Shown here: positions 29,988-40,080 of the stretch, in pieces | How positions within the stretch are numbered: position 1 is the first letter of the stretch | Layout of the letters: every line of letters begins with the position of its first letter | Origin: an uncultured Chlamydiales bacterium | Lineage (GTDB): Bacteria; Chlamydiota; Chlamydiia; Chlamydiales; Rhabdochlamydiaceae | Assembly: GCA_963700985.1 (NCBI GenBank) | Contig: OY969554.1 | Span: 1,760,001 to 1,824,000 of the forward strand | Length of the DNA stretch: 64,000 nucleotides | Reading direction: 5' to 3' | Notes under the pieces: model-generated | Databases searched by the model: none | Told to the model about the DNA's origin: nothing | Seen by the model: only the letters and a program-made list of their open reading frames with translations | Translations under genes and position numbers: made by a program

Positions 29988-31607
29988 TCAAGTAGGAAAT
30001 TTTTGGCCGAACATGGGAAGACCGCTTTTGGACGATTCACGTGCAGCTTCGTCTTGGATTACATCCCAATGTTCGGTGAGCACGCCGTCAGCTATGCGCA
30101 CAATATCTACGATGATCCAGTTTGCTTTTTGCTCTAGCCCTGAGTAGCGCCCATGGACCATCACGAGATCTCCTTCAGCCACGATCATTCCTGGCTCATA
30201 TTTAAGCGTAGGCGGGCTGTTTTTGATTAGATTGAATAAGCCTTCACGTCCGGGGGCGATGTGAGCGCTATGCTGAATGTAATTAGGCGACCAGAAGCAC
30301 TCGGCGGCTTTGTAGTCACGCTTGTTGAATAGTGTGTCGAATGCTTCGAGCACAAGCGCTTTGTTTTTCTGTTCAGAATGTGAGCCACTGGCAGCACACG
30401 CTTGGGCGGCACAGCGGCAGCTATCGAAATAAAAAGGAGAATCTTGAAGTTGAGGGCAGAATGGATCGGATAATAAACCTTCGCGTTGCTGCTCATAGAA
30501 AGGATAGTCGGTATAGCCTTGGAAATCGAAGGTATAAAAAGTTTTGCGGTCGTAAGCGGTAAGTGGCAATCCTAATTTTATGCGTTTGGGCAAATCGGGA
30601 TTTGAGATGAAATGGCGGCCGAATGCAACTAAATCCGCATCGCCTTTTTCGATAATTTCTTTAGCAGTCTCTGGTTCGAATCCACCTGCAGCAATAATTT
30701 TTCCTTTGAAAATTTTACGCAAACGCGCCGCTGCAACTGGGGCCTGACCCTCTGCGATAAGTACGTTGCCTTTGACACGCGGTTCAACGATGTGCAGGTA
30801 GGCCAGCTCGAATTGATTTAGGTGTTCTGCAATATAATCGAAGTGCTCAGCTGGATTGCTATCAGACATTGAATTCCACGTTCCGCTAGGTCCGATTCGC
30901 ACGCCTACGTGACCTGCTCCCCACACAGAGGTCAAAGCTTCCACGATTTCAAGCAGAAAGCGCGCTCGATTCTCGATCGATCCTCCATACTTATCTGTGC
31001 GTTTATTACTGCCATCTTGAAGGAATTCATCGACGAGATAGCCGTTGGCAGCATGGATCTCGACGCCATCAAAACCAGCAATTTTTGCGCGTTCGGCGGC
31101 TTTGCGGTAGTCTTCGACGATGGCCGAAATCTCGGCAGTCTCAAGCGCCCGATGTGGCGAGGGCTTATCCCAACCCGTGGGTGTAGAGATGCTTGGAGTC
31201 GCCTTCTCCCAGTAATCTGGGACAACTGAGGGAGCCACAGGTTTTGCGCCGTTGGTCATAGAAATATGTGAAGAACGTCCTACATGCCATAGCTGCGAGA
31301 ACATAAGGCCGCCTTTTGCATGCACGGCATTCGTGATATTTTTCCAACCAGCGACCTGCTCGTCGGTATATAGGCCAGGAGCTCCGAACCATCCACGACC
31401 TGATATTGAAATCGAAGTGGCTTCTGAGATGATGAGCCCTCCTTCAGAAACGCGCTGCGTGTAATATTCTTGCATCAGTTTTCCTGGGACATTGCCAGGT
31501 TGTTCTGAGCGAGAACGGGTGAGGGGTGCCATTACGACACGATGTCCCAGTTTCGTAGGTCCGATTTGTACCGGTGTAAATAGCTTTGGAGTTGAAGGTG
31601 TAACCAT
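29988..31607 (-). CDS. Old Yellow Enzyme alkene reductase (NemA-like) fused to a SnoaL/NTF2-like domain
   Basis: MAPLTRSR, QLWHVGR, DGVEIHAANGYL, GYTDYPF, then NKALV...F...YIQH...EGDLV.VH...DI.R..DG...EHWDV. Confidence 0.85.
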   Translation of the reverse strand: MVTPSTPKLFTPVQIGPTKLGHRVVMAPLTRSRSEQPGNVPGKLMQEYYTQRVSEGGLIISEATSISISGRGWFGAPGLYTDEQVAGWKNITNAVHAKGGLMFSQLWHVGRSSHISMTNGAKPVAPSVVPDYWEKATPSISTPTGWDKPSPHRALETAEISAIVEDYRKAAERAKIAGFDGVEIHAANGYLVDEFLQDGSNKRTDKYGGSIENRARFLLEIVEALTSVWGAGHVGVRIGPSGTWNSMSDSNPAEHFDYIAEHLNQFELAYLHIVEPRVKGNVLIAEGQAPVAAARLRKIFKGKIIAAGGFEPETAKEIIEKGDADLVAFGRHFISNPDLPKRIKLGLPLTAYDRKTFYTFDFQGYTDYPFYEQQREGLLSDPFCPQLQDSPFYFDSCRCAAQACAASGSHSEQKNKALVLEAFDTLFNKRDYKAAECFWSPNYIQHSAHIAPGREGLFNLIKNSPPTLKYEPGMIVAEGDLVMVHGRYSGLEQKANWIIVDIVRIADGVLTEHWDVIQDEAARESSKSGLPMFGQKFPT

Positions 31608-31752
31608 AGCGATCTCCTTTTGGTTTTTTGTGCGCTATGCATGAATTTCTTGCAATAGCTTAAGAGTGCATGGCAGATCGATTTGCCTTTCCAAAAAAAG
31701 CTTCGGATCTTTAAAAGCGGATAAACAACAACTTATCAGAGGGATTTTTTCG

Positions 31753-34254
31753 ATGAGAAAAAACATTTTGCAGAAAATCACACTGAGTTTAGGAACGCTA
31801 GTGGCTCTAGCTGCAAACGGCGAAATAGAGGCAGCTCCTCGAAATTTTAACTGGCTTGCGAATCCCGGCTCTAGTGACTTAAATACTGCTGCAAATTGGA
31901 GTCCAGCTGGTCCTCCAGGAGGGATATCGAGTGATATCGCCCACTTTTCAACCTCGTCAATCTCGTCACCAACTTTAAGTGCAGATATGTCGCTCGGTGC
32001 CTATAATTTTGAAGTCTCCGGATATGCAATCACGGTCGGCTCCACTGGAACTGCAGCTACGTTGACTTTTAATGATGCTGGAATCACAGGTTCTAATGCT
32101 CCTCAATTTGAAACCAGCGCCACGGGCTCAGCGATTATTTTTACAGCAGGTAGCACTTCTGAAACCGCAAATTTTGCTTTATCCAACGCAGGCAACATAA
32201 CTTTTAATAGTGCCACAGCTGGAAGTAGCTCGTTCAGCGCTGATGATGCGACAGCCAACACGATTGACTTCCTAGGTACTTCATCTGCGCAGACTACTAA
32301 TTTCGTTTTAGGCACCGGTAGTAGCGTGACATTTAATGGCACCTCGAGTGCAGGTAGTGCGGCACTCAATATGTTTGGTGGTGCAGCAAACTTTCTTGGC
32401 TCCTCTTCGGCAAGCAGTGCAGTGGTAACATTAGCTGTAGGAGCTTCACTTGACGTTCAAGTGCCTGCGATTACTTTTGGGTCTATCACCAGCGACAATG
32501 CAAGTACGATTACGCTTGGTCAGACAACTCCTGCACCGGTCCATGTTCAAATTGGCAACTTGAATACTTCTACCACAATCGCAGGGGTCATTTCTGAGGT
32601 TACAGGGTCAGCATCGATTCTCGAGAAAATTGGAACGGGTACACTCACTCTTTCAAATGATAATGAGTATACGGGGGGAACGATTGTCACATCGGGAATT
32701 CTTTCTGTCCCTTCTGGAAGCCTAGTGAGCCCTGTTACTGTCAGTTCGGGTGGAACCTTAAAGGGCACCGGAACCATGGCGGGTGGATTGAGCAATAGCG
32801 GAACCGTCTCACCAGGAAACTCTATAGGCACGATGCCCGTGCACTCTTATGTTGCAAATCCCGGGTCTACGACGCTGATCGAAGTCAGTCCGACTGCAGT
32901 ATCAAGTATTGCAGCATTCGGAACTCCCGGGACAATCTCTATCAATGATACTGGAACCACACTTGCGCTTACGTTTGATCCGGGCACATATGTAAGTCCT
33001 TCCTCATTTCCTATACTTACTGCCGACGGTGGTGTAACTGGGAAATTTGCAGCTGTGACTGGTTCTCTGCCTGGCTTTACCATTGAGCTTCAATATCCTG
33101 GAACGGAAGTGCTGCTCTTGCTGCAAAAAATGGAGAACTTTTTTTCTCAAATCGTGCACGGCGGAAATCCTGGCACAGTGGCCACTGTTTTGGATGCTCT
33201 TTCTCCAACTGCCACAGGCGATCTTGCTGATGTGATTGCAGCGCTGCACCGTTTAGATCCATCTGCTCTGAAAAGCGCCTTAAATCAGCTGCAACCCTCT
33301 CTCTTTAAGGGATTGGCTTTAGCACAAGAAGACAGCAGCATACGCGTACGCCAAGCGATCTCACGCAGATTAGATCAGCTCTATATCGCAGAGTGTGTTC
33401 GAGTTTGCCCAGAAGCTGGCAAACATCTAACGCTCTGGGCTGATGGTCTTGGCGATTACTCATTACAAAGAGGAATTCAGCAGCAGCGCGGTTTTCATAC
33501 TAAAATGGGTGGGGCAATCCTTGGTTTAGATTACCGTTGCTTGCAGTATTTTGATGCGGGTGCCGCACTTAGTTACACACATACTGCAGTAGATTGGAGC
33601 GCCTCGCAAGGAAATGGCCATATCGACAGCTACTATGGGGCAGTATATGGTAACTTTACGAGCGACTATGTCTATGTCAATGCAGTAGCTTTGGGGTCAC
33701 ATAATCAGTACGAAGCTGAGCGTAAGATCGTTTTTCCTGGCTTAAGCCGAAAAGCTAAGAATCACCATAATGGTAATGAAGCTGAAGGAAATCTAGAAGT
33801 AGGTGCTTACTATAGTTGGGGTGGATATGAGATCCGGCCTTTTGACTCTTTCGACTACATCTGGCTGCATGAAGCGGGTTTTACGGAAAGAGGCGCCGAT
33901 TCGTTAAACACGATCGTAAAATCTAAAAACTCCAGAATGCTACGCAACGAGCTCGGGATTGGCTTCTCGCGCTGCTTCACCATTCATAAATCGAAATTGA
34001 TCCCTGATATAAAGCTTAGTTGGGTGCGTGAAGTGCGCTTCCAAGGTAAACACTACACAGTGCGCTATGAAGATACCGATGTGCCTTTCACAGTATATGG
34101 CATGAAGCCCAACCGCAGCCTATTTAGCCCAGCTGCTGGGATTACCTGGTATGATGCCAATGAGCGCTTGTCAGTGGCTGTGCTTTATGATGGTGAGTTT
34201 GGTAAAAACTATACCGATCATAATGGCAATCTGCGCCTAGGATATGCTTTTTAA
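31753..34254 (+). CDS. Autotransporter (type Va) adhesin-like protein
   Basis: Signal peptide from ATG 31753; S/T/G/A-rich passenger with LEKIGTGTLTLS.DN.YTGGT repeat and VSPGNSIGT; C-terminal barrel ending in YAF. Confidence 0.9.
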   Translation: MRKNILQKITLSLGTLVALAANGEIEAAPRNFNWLANPGSSDLNTAANWSPAGPPGGISSDIAHFSTSSISSPTLSADMSLGAYNFEVSGYAITVGSTGTAATLTFNDAGITGSNAPQFETSATGSAIIFTAGSTSETANFALSNAGNITFNSATAGSSSFSADDATANTIDFLGTSSAQTTNFVLGTGSSVTFNGTSSAGSAALNMFGGAANFLGSSSASSAVVTLAVGASLDVQVPAITFGSITSDNASTITLGQTTPAPVHVQIGNLNTSTTIAGVISEVTGSASILEKIGTGTLTLSNDNEYTGGTIVTSGILSVPSGSLVSPVTVSSGGTLKGTGTMAGGLSNSGTVSPGNSIGTMPVHSYVANPGSTTLIEVSPTAVSSIAAFGTPGTISINDTGTTLALTFDPGTYVSPSSFPILTADGGVTGKFAAVTGSLPGFTIELQYPGTEVLLLLQKMENFFSQIVHGGNPGTVATVLDALSPTATGDLADVIAALHRLDPSALKSALNQLQPSLFKGLALAQEDSSIRVRQAISRRLDQLYIAECVRVCPEAGKHLTLWADGLGDYSLQRGIQQQRGFHTKMGGAILGLDYRCLQYFDAGAALSYTHTAVDWSASQGNGHIDSYYGAVYGNFTSDYVYVNAVALGSHNQYEAERKIVFPGLSRKAKNHHNGNEAEGNLEVGAYYSWGGYEIRPFDSFDYIWLHEAGFTERGADSLNTIVKSKNSRMLRNELGIGFSRCFTIHKSKLIPDIKLSWVREVRFQGKHYTVRYEDTDVPFTVYGMKPNRSLFSPAAGITWYDANERLSVAVLYDGEFGKNYTDHNGNLRLGYAF

Positions 34255-34317
34255 CATATTCTATTGCTGACCTAAAATCATGATCTTTTAGAAGGTTAAA
34301 ATTTCTTTCGAAAGTTT

Positions 34318-35370
34318 TTAAACTGTGGCTAGCTCGGCAGGTGCTGGTGTTTGCTCGGGAAGAGCTTTCTGAGTGAGAGTCTTGTGAAGGTCTGTGATGG
34401 CGGTGAGTAGAGGCTTTATACCCTTGTCTTCCATCGCAGAGATTTCAAAGAGGTTTTTGGGGTTGCCATCAAACTTTTTGCGGAAGCGTTTGAGGTTTTC
34501 TTCGGCGCCTTCGATGTCGATCTTATTCAGCGCGACGAGGAAGGGTTTTTCTAGGAGTTTTTCATCATATTCACGCAGTTCATTGCGGAGGATCTCGTAA
34601 TCACGAATAGGATCTCTTTCTTCAAAACCAGAGATGTCAATCACATAGAGAAGAATGGAAGTCCGTTCGATATGCCTTAGGAAGGCGAGACCGAGGCCGC
34701 GATTCTCATGGGCATTTTCGATGATACCTGGAATGTCCGCAACGAGCACGCGTGAGGAGTCTTTGCGGGTGATATAACTTAAGTTAGGGAAGAGGGTAGT
34801 GAAGGGATAAGCGCCGATTTTCACCGGCAAATGCGTGATCTTGGACATTAGGGTCGATTTGCCCGCATTTGGGAAGCCGACGAGTCCAACATCTGCAATG
34901 AGTTTTAGCTCGAGTTCGATTTCGCGGGTCTCTCCAAAAGTCCCCTCGGTGAAAACGTTAGGAGCTTGATGAGTTGGTGAGCGGAAGGAAGCATTCCCAC
35001 GTCCGCCTTTACCACCTTTGCAGATTAGCCACTCTTGATCTGGTACGGTAAAGTCGAAAAGAACTTCTTTGGTAACTGCATCTTTAACGAGTGTGCCGCA
35101 GGGAACCGAAAGAAAGATCTCCTTTCCATTTTTGCCCTGTTTATGTGCGCCAGCACCAGCGCCCCCGTTTTCGCCTTTGATGATCCGCCGGTTTCTGAAT
35201 CCGTCGAGCGAAGTCTCTTGGACGTTAGCGCGGATCACGATGGATCCGCCTTTGCCGCCGTTTCCGCCCGCAGGTCCGCCTTTCGGGATAAATTTCTCCC
35301 TTCTCCAGGCGACTACGCCATTGCCACCCTTGCCAGCAGAAAGGGTAAGAGTTACTGAGTCAATAAACAC
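34318..35370 (-). CDS. obgE: GTPase ObgE/CgtA
   Basis: Gly-rich OBG fold, GFPNAGKS, YPFTT, DIPG, NKID. Confidence 0.98.
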   Translation of the reverse strand: MFIDSVTLTLSAGKGGNGVVAWRREKFIPKGGPAGGNGGKGGSIVIRANVQETSLDGFRNRRIIKGENGGAGAGAHKQGKNGKEIFLSVPCGTLVKDAVTKEVLFDFTVPDQEWLICKGGKGGRGNASFRSPTHQAPNVFTEGTFGETREIELELKLIADVGLVGFPNAGKSTLMSKITHLPVKIGAYPFTTLFPNLSYITRKDSSRVLVADIPGIIENAHENRGLGLAFLRHIERTSILLYVIDISGFEERDPIRDYEILRNELREYDEKLLEKPFLVALNKIDIEGAEENLKRFRKKFDGNPKNLFEISAMEDKGIKPLLTAITDLHKTLTQKALPEQTPAPAELATV

Positions 35371-35382
35371 GGCTAAATGATT

Positions 35383-35658
35383 TTAGGTTGTTGCAGTTAC
35401 TGTTTCTGGTTGTGCAGGGAGTACAGAAACAAATGTGCGCGTGCTCTTTCGATAGGTCACGATCCCATCGATCAAAGCATAGAGAGTATAATCTCTACCT
35501 ACACCCACGTTTTTGCTTGGGTGCCACTTTGTGCCTTTCTGACGAATGATAATGCTTCCTGCAGTAACAAATTGGCCACCAGAGGCTTTAACACCTAGGC
35601 GCTGAGATTGTGAGTCACGTCCGTTACGGGTAGAACCCTGTCCTTTCTTATGTGCCAT
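35383..35658 (-). CDS. rpmA: 50S ribosomal protein L27
   Basis: [21 protein letters not shown]. Confidence 0.98.
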   Translation of the reverse strand: MAHKKGQGSTRNGRDSQSQRLGVKASGGQFVTAGSIIIRQKGTKWHPSKNVGVGRDYTLYALIDGIVTYRKSTRTFVSVLPAQPETVTATT

Positions 35659-35670
35659 ATAAGCCTTCTG

Positions 35671-35982
35671 TTATCCTTCAATGCCTGTGATCTTTATGCG
35701 TAAATAACGCTGGCGGTGTCCCACCTTACGTCTTACACCTTTACGGCGTTTGTATTTGAATGCAATGACTTTAGGTCCGCGAACTTCTTGGACTAGCTCG
35801 CCCAAAACACGCGACTTAGCCACATGAGGGGAACCTAGTTTAACTGCTGAGCCAGTGTTTAAAAGAAGAACATTCTTAAATTCCACTATGCCGTCAGTAG
35901 AAGGAGCTAGTAGCTCCACGTCGATGACGTCGTCTTTTTCAACGCGGTATTGTTTTCCGCCAGTTTCGATGATTGCGTACAT
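35671..35982 (-). CDS. rplU: 50S ribosomal protein L21
   Basis: MYAIIETGGKQYRV...GHRQ. Confidence 0.98.
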   Translation of the reverse strand: MYAIIETGGKQYRVEKDDVIDVELLAPSTDGIVEFKNVLLLNTGSAVKLGSPHVAKSRVLGELVQEVRGPKVIAFKYKRRKGVRRKVGHRQRYLRIKITGIEG

Positions 35983-36192
35983 TTTGAACTCCTCTCGATG
36001 AAAGAAAAGGATGATACTCCACCGGTAGATTCCTCGTCAATAGAGCCTTACGATTCGATTCAACTCTTCGTTAATTTAGTTATAATTATGCATTTAATAA
36101 ATTATCTAAAATTAATTGATTAATAATTAAATTATATAATACTATAAAACTAAGGGTGAGAGATACTTTATTATAAAATCTATGGCGGCTCT

Positions 36193-36324
36193 ATGAAACA
36201 CTACAGCAAGAAAAAGACATCAAAAGTAACGTTCAAGACTCACCGGAAGCATAAAAGCAAAGAAGCGTTGAAGAAAGGGGAGCAGGGTGGATTAAGCATC
36301 TTCTCTCAGAGGTATTTTACCTAA
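36193..36324 (+). CDS. Small basic protein, 43 aa (not in the ORF track)
   Basis: MKHYSKKKTSKVTFKTHRKHKSKEALKKGEQGGLSIFSQRYFT; 13 K/R. Confidence 0.45.
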   Translation: MKHYSKKKTSKVTFKTHRKHKSKEALKKGEQGGLSIFSQRYFT

Positions 36325-36350
36325 TATAAACAGGAAAAGGGGTGTATATT

Positions 36351-36458
36351 ATGAAAGCTAGAAAAAGAACTGTTAGAAAAAGCCACAGCCGAAAAGCAAA
36401 ATCTCATAAAAAACGTGGGATGTGGAAAAGCTTCTGGGATAAGTTCAGCTCTCGTTAA
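36351..36458 (+). CDS. Small very basic protein, 35 aa (not in the ORF track)
   Basis: AGGGGTG RBS-like motif; MKARKRTVRKSHSRKAKSHKKRGMWKSFWDKFSSR; 15 K/R versus 1 acidic residue. Confidence 0.55.
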   Translation: MKARKRTVRKSHSRKAKSHKKRGMWKSFWDKFSSR

Positions 36459-36467
36459 TAAGTATGC

Positions 36468-37304
36468 TTAAGCGCGCTTAAGCGATCTTCGAAATAGAGA
36501 AAAGCTGTAGAAGCAAGCGGCGGTAAGCGAAATGGTGGCTCCAGGGGGCCAATTCAGTAGGTAGGAGGCAATTGTTCCTGCTAAGCTGAAAAGACACCCT
36601 AAGCCGACGGCAATGAGCATCATTAAGCCCATGCGATGGGTCATTTCGCTTGCCATAGCCGCAGGTATAGCAAGCATTGCTATGATCAAAATTGCGCCTA
36701 CTACTTGAATTAAGATCACGACTGAGATCGCTACGAGCACCAAGAGCAGAAGATAAATTGCACGAATATGCACGCCCTGTAAAAGGGCTTGCTCTTCATC
36801 AAAACAGACTGCTACGAAGCGACGGTGGAATAGTGCTACCGTAAAGATGATGATGAGATCGAGTGCAAATAAAAGTTGAAGATCGGCGCTGCTCACCCAG
36901 AGTATGTTGCCGAATAAAAAGTTCATCAGCTCCACATTATAGCCAGGTGTTAACGCCACGAAGATTACGCCAATTGCCATGCCTGTAGACCAGAGCGTGG
37001 CGATCACGGTATCTTCGCGTTGACGGTATTTTAAGTGTATCCAGCCGATCAGAAGGGCCGAAAGAAGGGCAGCGAAGAGCGCCCCATAAAGGGGTGTAAG
37101 CCAAGCTATGCCCCAAACGCGTTTTAGCCAAAGGCAGAGGCCCATTCCTCCTAGCACAGAGTGGGCAATGCTACCGCTGATAAAAACGATGCGTTTGCTA
37201 ACCACGTAAGATCCGATGATTCCGCTGGTAATAGAAGCTGCCAAGCCCGCCATAAGCGACATGAGCAAGAAGGGATTGGTCTGAAAAAAGGCCAAAATGT
37301 TCAT
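36468..37304 (-). CDS. znuB: Metal (Zn/Mn) ABC transporter permease
   Basis: GSIAHSVLGG, FLFGNIL, CFDEEQA; ATGA overlap with the ATPase gene. Confidence 0.88.
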   Translation of the reverse strand: MNILAFFQTNPFLLMSLMAGLAASITSGIIGSYVVSKRIVFISGSIAHSVLGGMGLCLWLKRVWGIAWLTPLYGALFAALLSALLIGWIHLKYRQREDTVIATLWSTGMAIGVIFVALTPGYNVELMNFLFGNILWVSSADLQLLFALDLIIIFTVALFHRRFVAVCFDEEQALLQGVHIRAIYLLLLVLVAISVVILIQVVGAILIIAMLAIPAAMASEMTHRMGLMMLIAVGLGCLFSLAGTIASYLLNWPPGATISLTAACFYSFSLFRRSLKRA

Positions 37305-38032
37305 GGTAAGCGTATGGGGTGGAGGTGTGGAGCGTGATAAAGGCCGACTGCAAAATGTTCGCATACCTCTTTGGGCGTATAAGAGATAAGCGTCCGGTGA
37401 ATGCAGAGCATGCGGTCGGCTTTTTCGATAATTCCTTGTAAATCATGCGTGACCATCAGAATGGTCATCGTCCCCTTTAAGCGGAGCAGCAGATGATGAA
37501 TCTGCGCTTCCGCTTCAGGATCGACACTTGCTGTCGGTTCATCTAAAAATAAGATGCTGGGCTCGGAGACAAGTGCGCGTGCGATTAACGCTCTTTGTGC
37601 CTGTCCGCCTGAAAGAGTTCCAAAAGCTTGAGCTTGCTTATCTAAAAGACCTACTTTGTCTAGAGCTTCAAGCGCTTTTTGTTTAGCATTTTTGGGTAGG
37701 GTTCCCCAGATCGTACTTTTCGACAAACAGCCCATTAAAACGAGATCTAATACAGATAAGGGAAATTGGCGATCGAATTGTGCCACTTGTGGCACATAAC
37801 TAATTCTTCCGCGCGCTTTACGCGGCGATGTGCCAAAAATTGTGATTTCCCCGGAATCAGGTTTAAGAAATCCAAGAAGCAGCTTTAAAAAGGTGGTTTT
37901 TCCGCCACCATTTGGCCCGAAAATAGCCAGAAACTCGCCTTTTTTGACGTTGAGATTCACTCGAGCTAAAATCGGGTTATTCTCATATTCAAAACTGAGA
38001 TCTTTTACTTCTATGACGGTTTGGTCAGACAT
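37301..38032 (-). CDS. znuC: Metal ABC transporter ATP-binding protein
   Basis: GPNGGGKTT, LSGGQAQR, LDEPT, VTHD. Confidence 0.9.
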   Translation of the reverse strand: MSDQTVIEVKDLSFEYENNPILARVNLNVKKGEFLAIFGPNGGGKTTFLKLLLGFLKPDSGEITIFGTSPRKARGRISYVPQVAQFDRQFPLSVLDLVLMGCLSKSTIWGTLPKNAKQKALEALDKVGLLDKQAQAFGTLSGGQAQRALIARALVSEPSILFLDEPTASVDPEAEAQIHHLLLRLKGTMTILMVTHDLQGIIEKADRMLCIHRTLISYTPKEVCEHFAVGLYHAPHLHPIRLP

Positions 38033-38944
38033 TTATGATGGTTGAGCGATGGCGCTTGCTAGCTGGCGTAAATTTTCAAAATAGTCTTCAGCATAAGGAT
38101 CGATGCTGAAAATAGGCAATTGAAGTTTTTTTGCGACAAGCTCAGCCGCTTTAGGTGAATATTGGCCTTGGGTGATCACACAGCCTACTCGGTGTTGCAC
38201 CGCTTCTTTCATGGTATTAGCAATTTTTTGAGGCAGCGCCTCTTTACCTTCGCTTTCAATCGAAAGTTGAATGAGTCCATAATCACGACAAAAATATCCA
38301 AAGGCGGGGTGGGATACTAAGATCGCTCTGCCTTTTAAGGGAGTGAGTAGGCTCGTTAGCTCTTTATCTAGTGTGTCGAGATCAGTTAAAAAATCATTTA
38401 AGTTTTTTTCGAAAAATGTGCGATTTTCTGGCATGAGAGCGCAAAGTGCCACTTCAATTTCCTGAGCTTGAATCTTGGCGAGTCTGGGGCTAAGCCAAAC
38501 GTGCTTGTCTTGAGCTTCGTGTTCATGGTGCCCATGCCCATGATCGTGATGATGGTGGGCGCAATGCGTATGCTCTTCAAGAGGTAAAAGGGGGAGCTTT
38601 TCCCATATCTGAAGTGTACGTAGAGTTGTGTGTTCTTGCTGCAAAACTTTTAAAATTTTATCTTCAAATGGATCACCGATACGCACCCAAAGTTTTGCTT
38701 GATGTGCAGTTTGAACCTGCTTAGGGGTAGGCTCATATGTATGTGGATCGGCGCCGCTTGGCACTAAGAGTTGTACGTTGACTCTGCCTTGCGCAATACG
38801 TTCGACGAAGTGGGCGTAAGGAACGATGCTGACCAAGACCGTGGGTTTAGATGAAGGCGCAGGAGTTCTGTTATTTTTTTGCTGACAAGCAAAAAGTCCA
38901 AACAGAAAAAGCATGCAAGAAATTTTGAGAAAAAATCCTTTCAT
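38033..38944 (-). CDS. znuA: Zinc ABC transporter substrate-binding lipoprotein
   Basis: Lipobox LFAC, DPHTYEP, His-rich loop, DKHVWLSP, HPAFGYF. Confidence 0.9.
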   Translation of the reverse strand: MKGFFLKISCMLFLFGLFACQQKNNRTPAPSSKPTVLVSIVPYAHFVERIAQGRVNVQLLVPSGADPHTYEPTPKQVQTAHQAKLWVRIGDPFEDKILKVLQQEHTTLRTLQIWEKLPLLPLEEHTHCAHHHHDHGHGHHEHEAQDKHVWLSPRLAKIQAQEIEVALCALMPENRTFFEKNLNDFLTDLDTLDKELTSLLTPLKGRAILVSHPAFGYFCRDYGLIQLSIESEGKEALPQKIANTMKEAVQHRVGCVITQGQYSPKAAELVAKKLQLPIFSIDPYAEDYFENLRQLASAIAQPS

Positions 38945-39070
38945 GCGAATCAGTTTACGCTAATTCTCAATTTTCGCAAAGAAAGTAGCTTTCGCTATTA
39001 CAAAATCAGAATAGAAAATGCTCTTGTCAAATAAACAAATTCCAGGTTACGTTCTTCGCGTGTTTGACTT

Positions 39071-39157
39071 GGAGGAGTGTCCGAGTGGCCGATGGAGCAC
39101 GCTTGGAAAGCGTGTATACTTGAAAAAGTATCGTGGGTTCGAATCCCACCTCCTCCG
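39071..39157 (+). tRNA. tRNA-Ser(GGA)
   Basis: GGAGGAG/CCTCC acceptor stem, CACGC-TTGGAAA-GCGTG anticodon arm, long variable arm, GGTTCGAATCC. Confidence 0.96.
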
Positions 39158-39222
39158 AAATTATTATTTTGTTTATAACGTTCTTACTTCACAAAAATGT
39201 GCGTGACCGATAAATCATCAAT

Positions 39223-39732
39223 ATGCGCTGTCCTTTTTGTAGTCATGATGAATCCAAGGTGACAGATTCTCGCAACGCAACTGAAACAAATGCGGTGCGT
39301 AGAAGACGCGAATGTTTGAAGTGCTTACGTCGCTTTACGACTTTTGAAACGATCGATCTGACGATTCAAGTACATAAGCGTGATGGAAGGTACGAAGATT
39401 TTCAGCAAGATAAGCTCATTAAGGGTTTAGATGCTGCTTGTCGACATACGCGTATCAGTCACGAACAGGTTCGGGCAATTTCTTATAAGATCACAGCAGA
39501 TCTTATGGAGAGGCAAATTAAGGAGATTAGTACACCTGAACTCGGCGAGATCGCTATGAAGCACCTCCAAGCGCTTGATACGATTGCCTACATCCGCTTT
39601 GCGTGCGTATATCGCCGCTTTAAAGATGTAAACGAGCTAGTCGATGCTCTTCAGAGTGTTAAGCCTAAGGACGGCGGAGATGATTTGACATACGAACAAA
39701 CAGAGGTAAGACATGCCGTTGAAAAAGACTGA
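39223..39732 (+). CDS. nrdR: Transcriptional repressor NrdR
   Basis: MRCPFC..KVTDSR, RRRREC..C..RFTTFE, ATP cone, AYIRFACVYR. Confidence 0.97.
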   Translation: MRCPFCSHDESKVTDSRNATETNAVRRRRECLKCLRRFTTFETIDLTIQVHKRDGRYEDFQQDKLIKGLDAACRHTRISHEQVRAISYKITADLMERQIKEISTPELGEIAMKHLQALDTIAYIRFACVYRRFKDVNELVDALQSVKPKDGGDDLTYEQTEVRHAVEKD

Positions 39733-40078
39733 GATTGCAAAATTTAAAGAGCGCTTAGAAGAGTTGCGTGCTCAAATGCAGCAGCTTGTACGAGGAGCCA
39801 CTGAAGAAGTAAAATCTGACGATAAGTCTAAAGGATACTCTCAACACCAAGCTGATGAAGGCACAGATGATTTTGTGCGCACAGTCAGTTTAGAGGTGAC
39901 AAACAAAGAGTATAACATTTTGCGCCAGATCGAGCGTGCGCTCGAAAAGATCGATGATAATACTTACGGCGTTTGTGATATCACAGGCGAAGAGATTCCC
40001 GTTAAACGCCTTGAAGCCATTCCTTACGCGACAATGACTGTCAAAGCACAAGAAAAGTTTGAAAAGGGTCTTTTATAG
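39713..40078 (+). CDS. dksA: DksA/TraR family protein
   Basis: Coiled coil with HQADEGTD; YGVCDITGEEIPVKRLEAIP. Confidence 0.88.
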   Translation: MPLKKTEIAKFKERLEELRAQMQQLVRGATEEVKSDDKSKGYSQHQADEGTDDFVRTVSLEVTNKEYNILRQIERALEKIDDNTYGVCDITGEEIPVKRLEAIPYATMTVKAQEKFEKGLL

Positions 40079-40080
40079 GG

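Noticed and set aside
38515-38575. His-rich repeat-like stretch
   Set aside because: Normal His-rich loop of ZnuA.
39018-39206. 62-aa ORF in the track
   Set aside because: It overlaps tRNA-Ser and its likely promoter; spurious.
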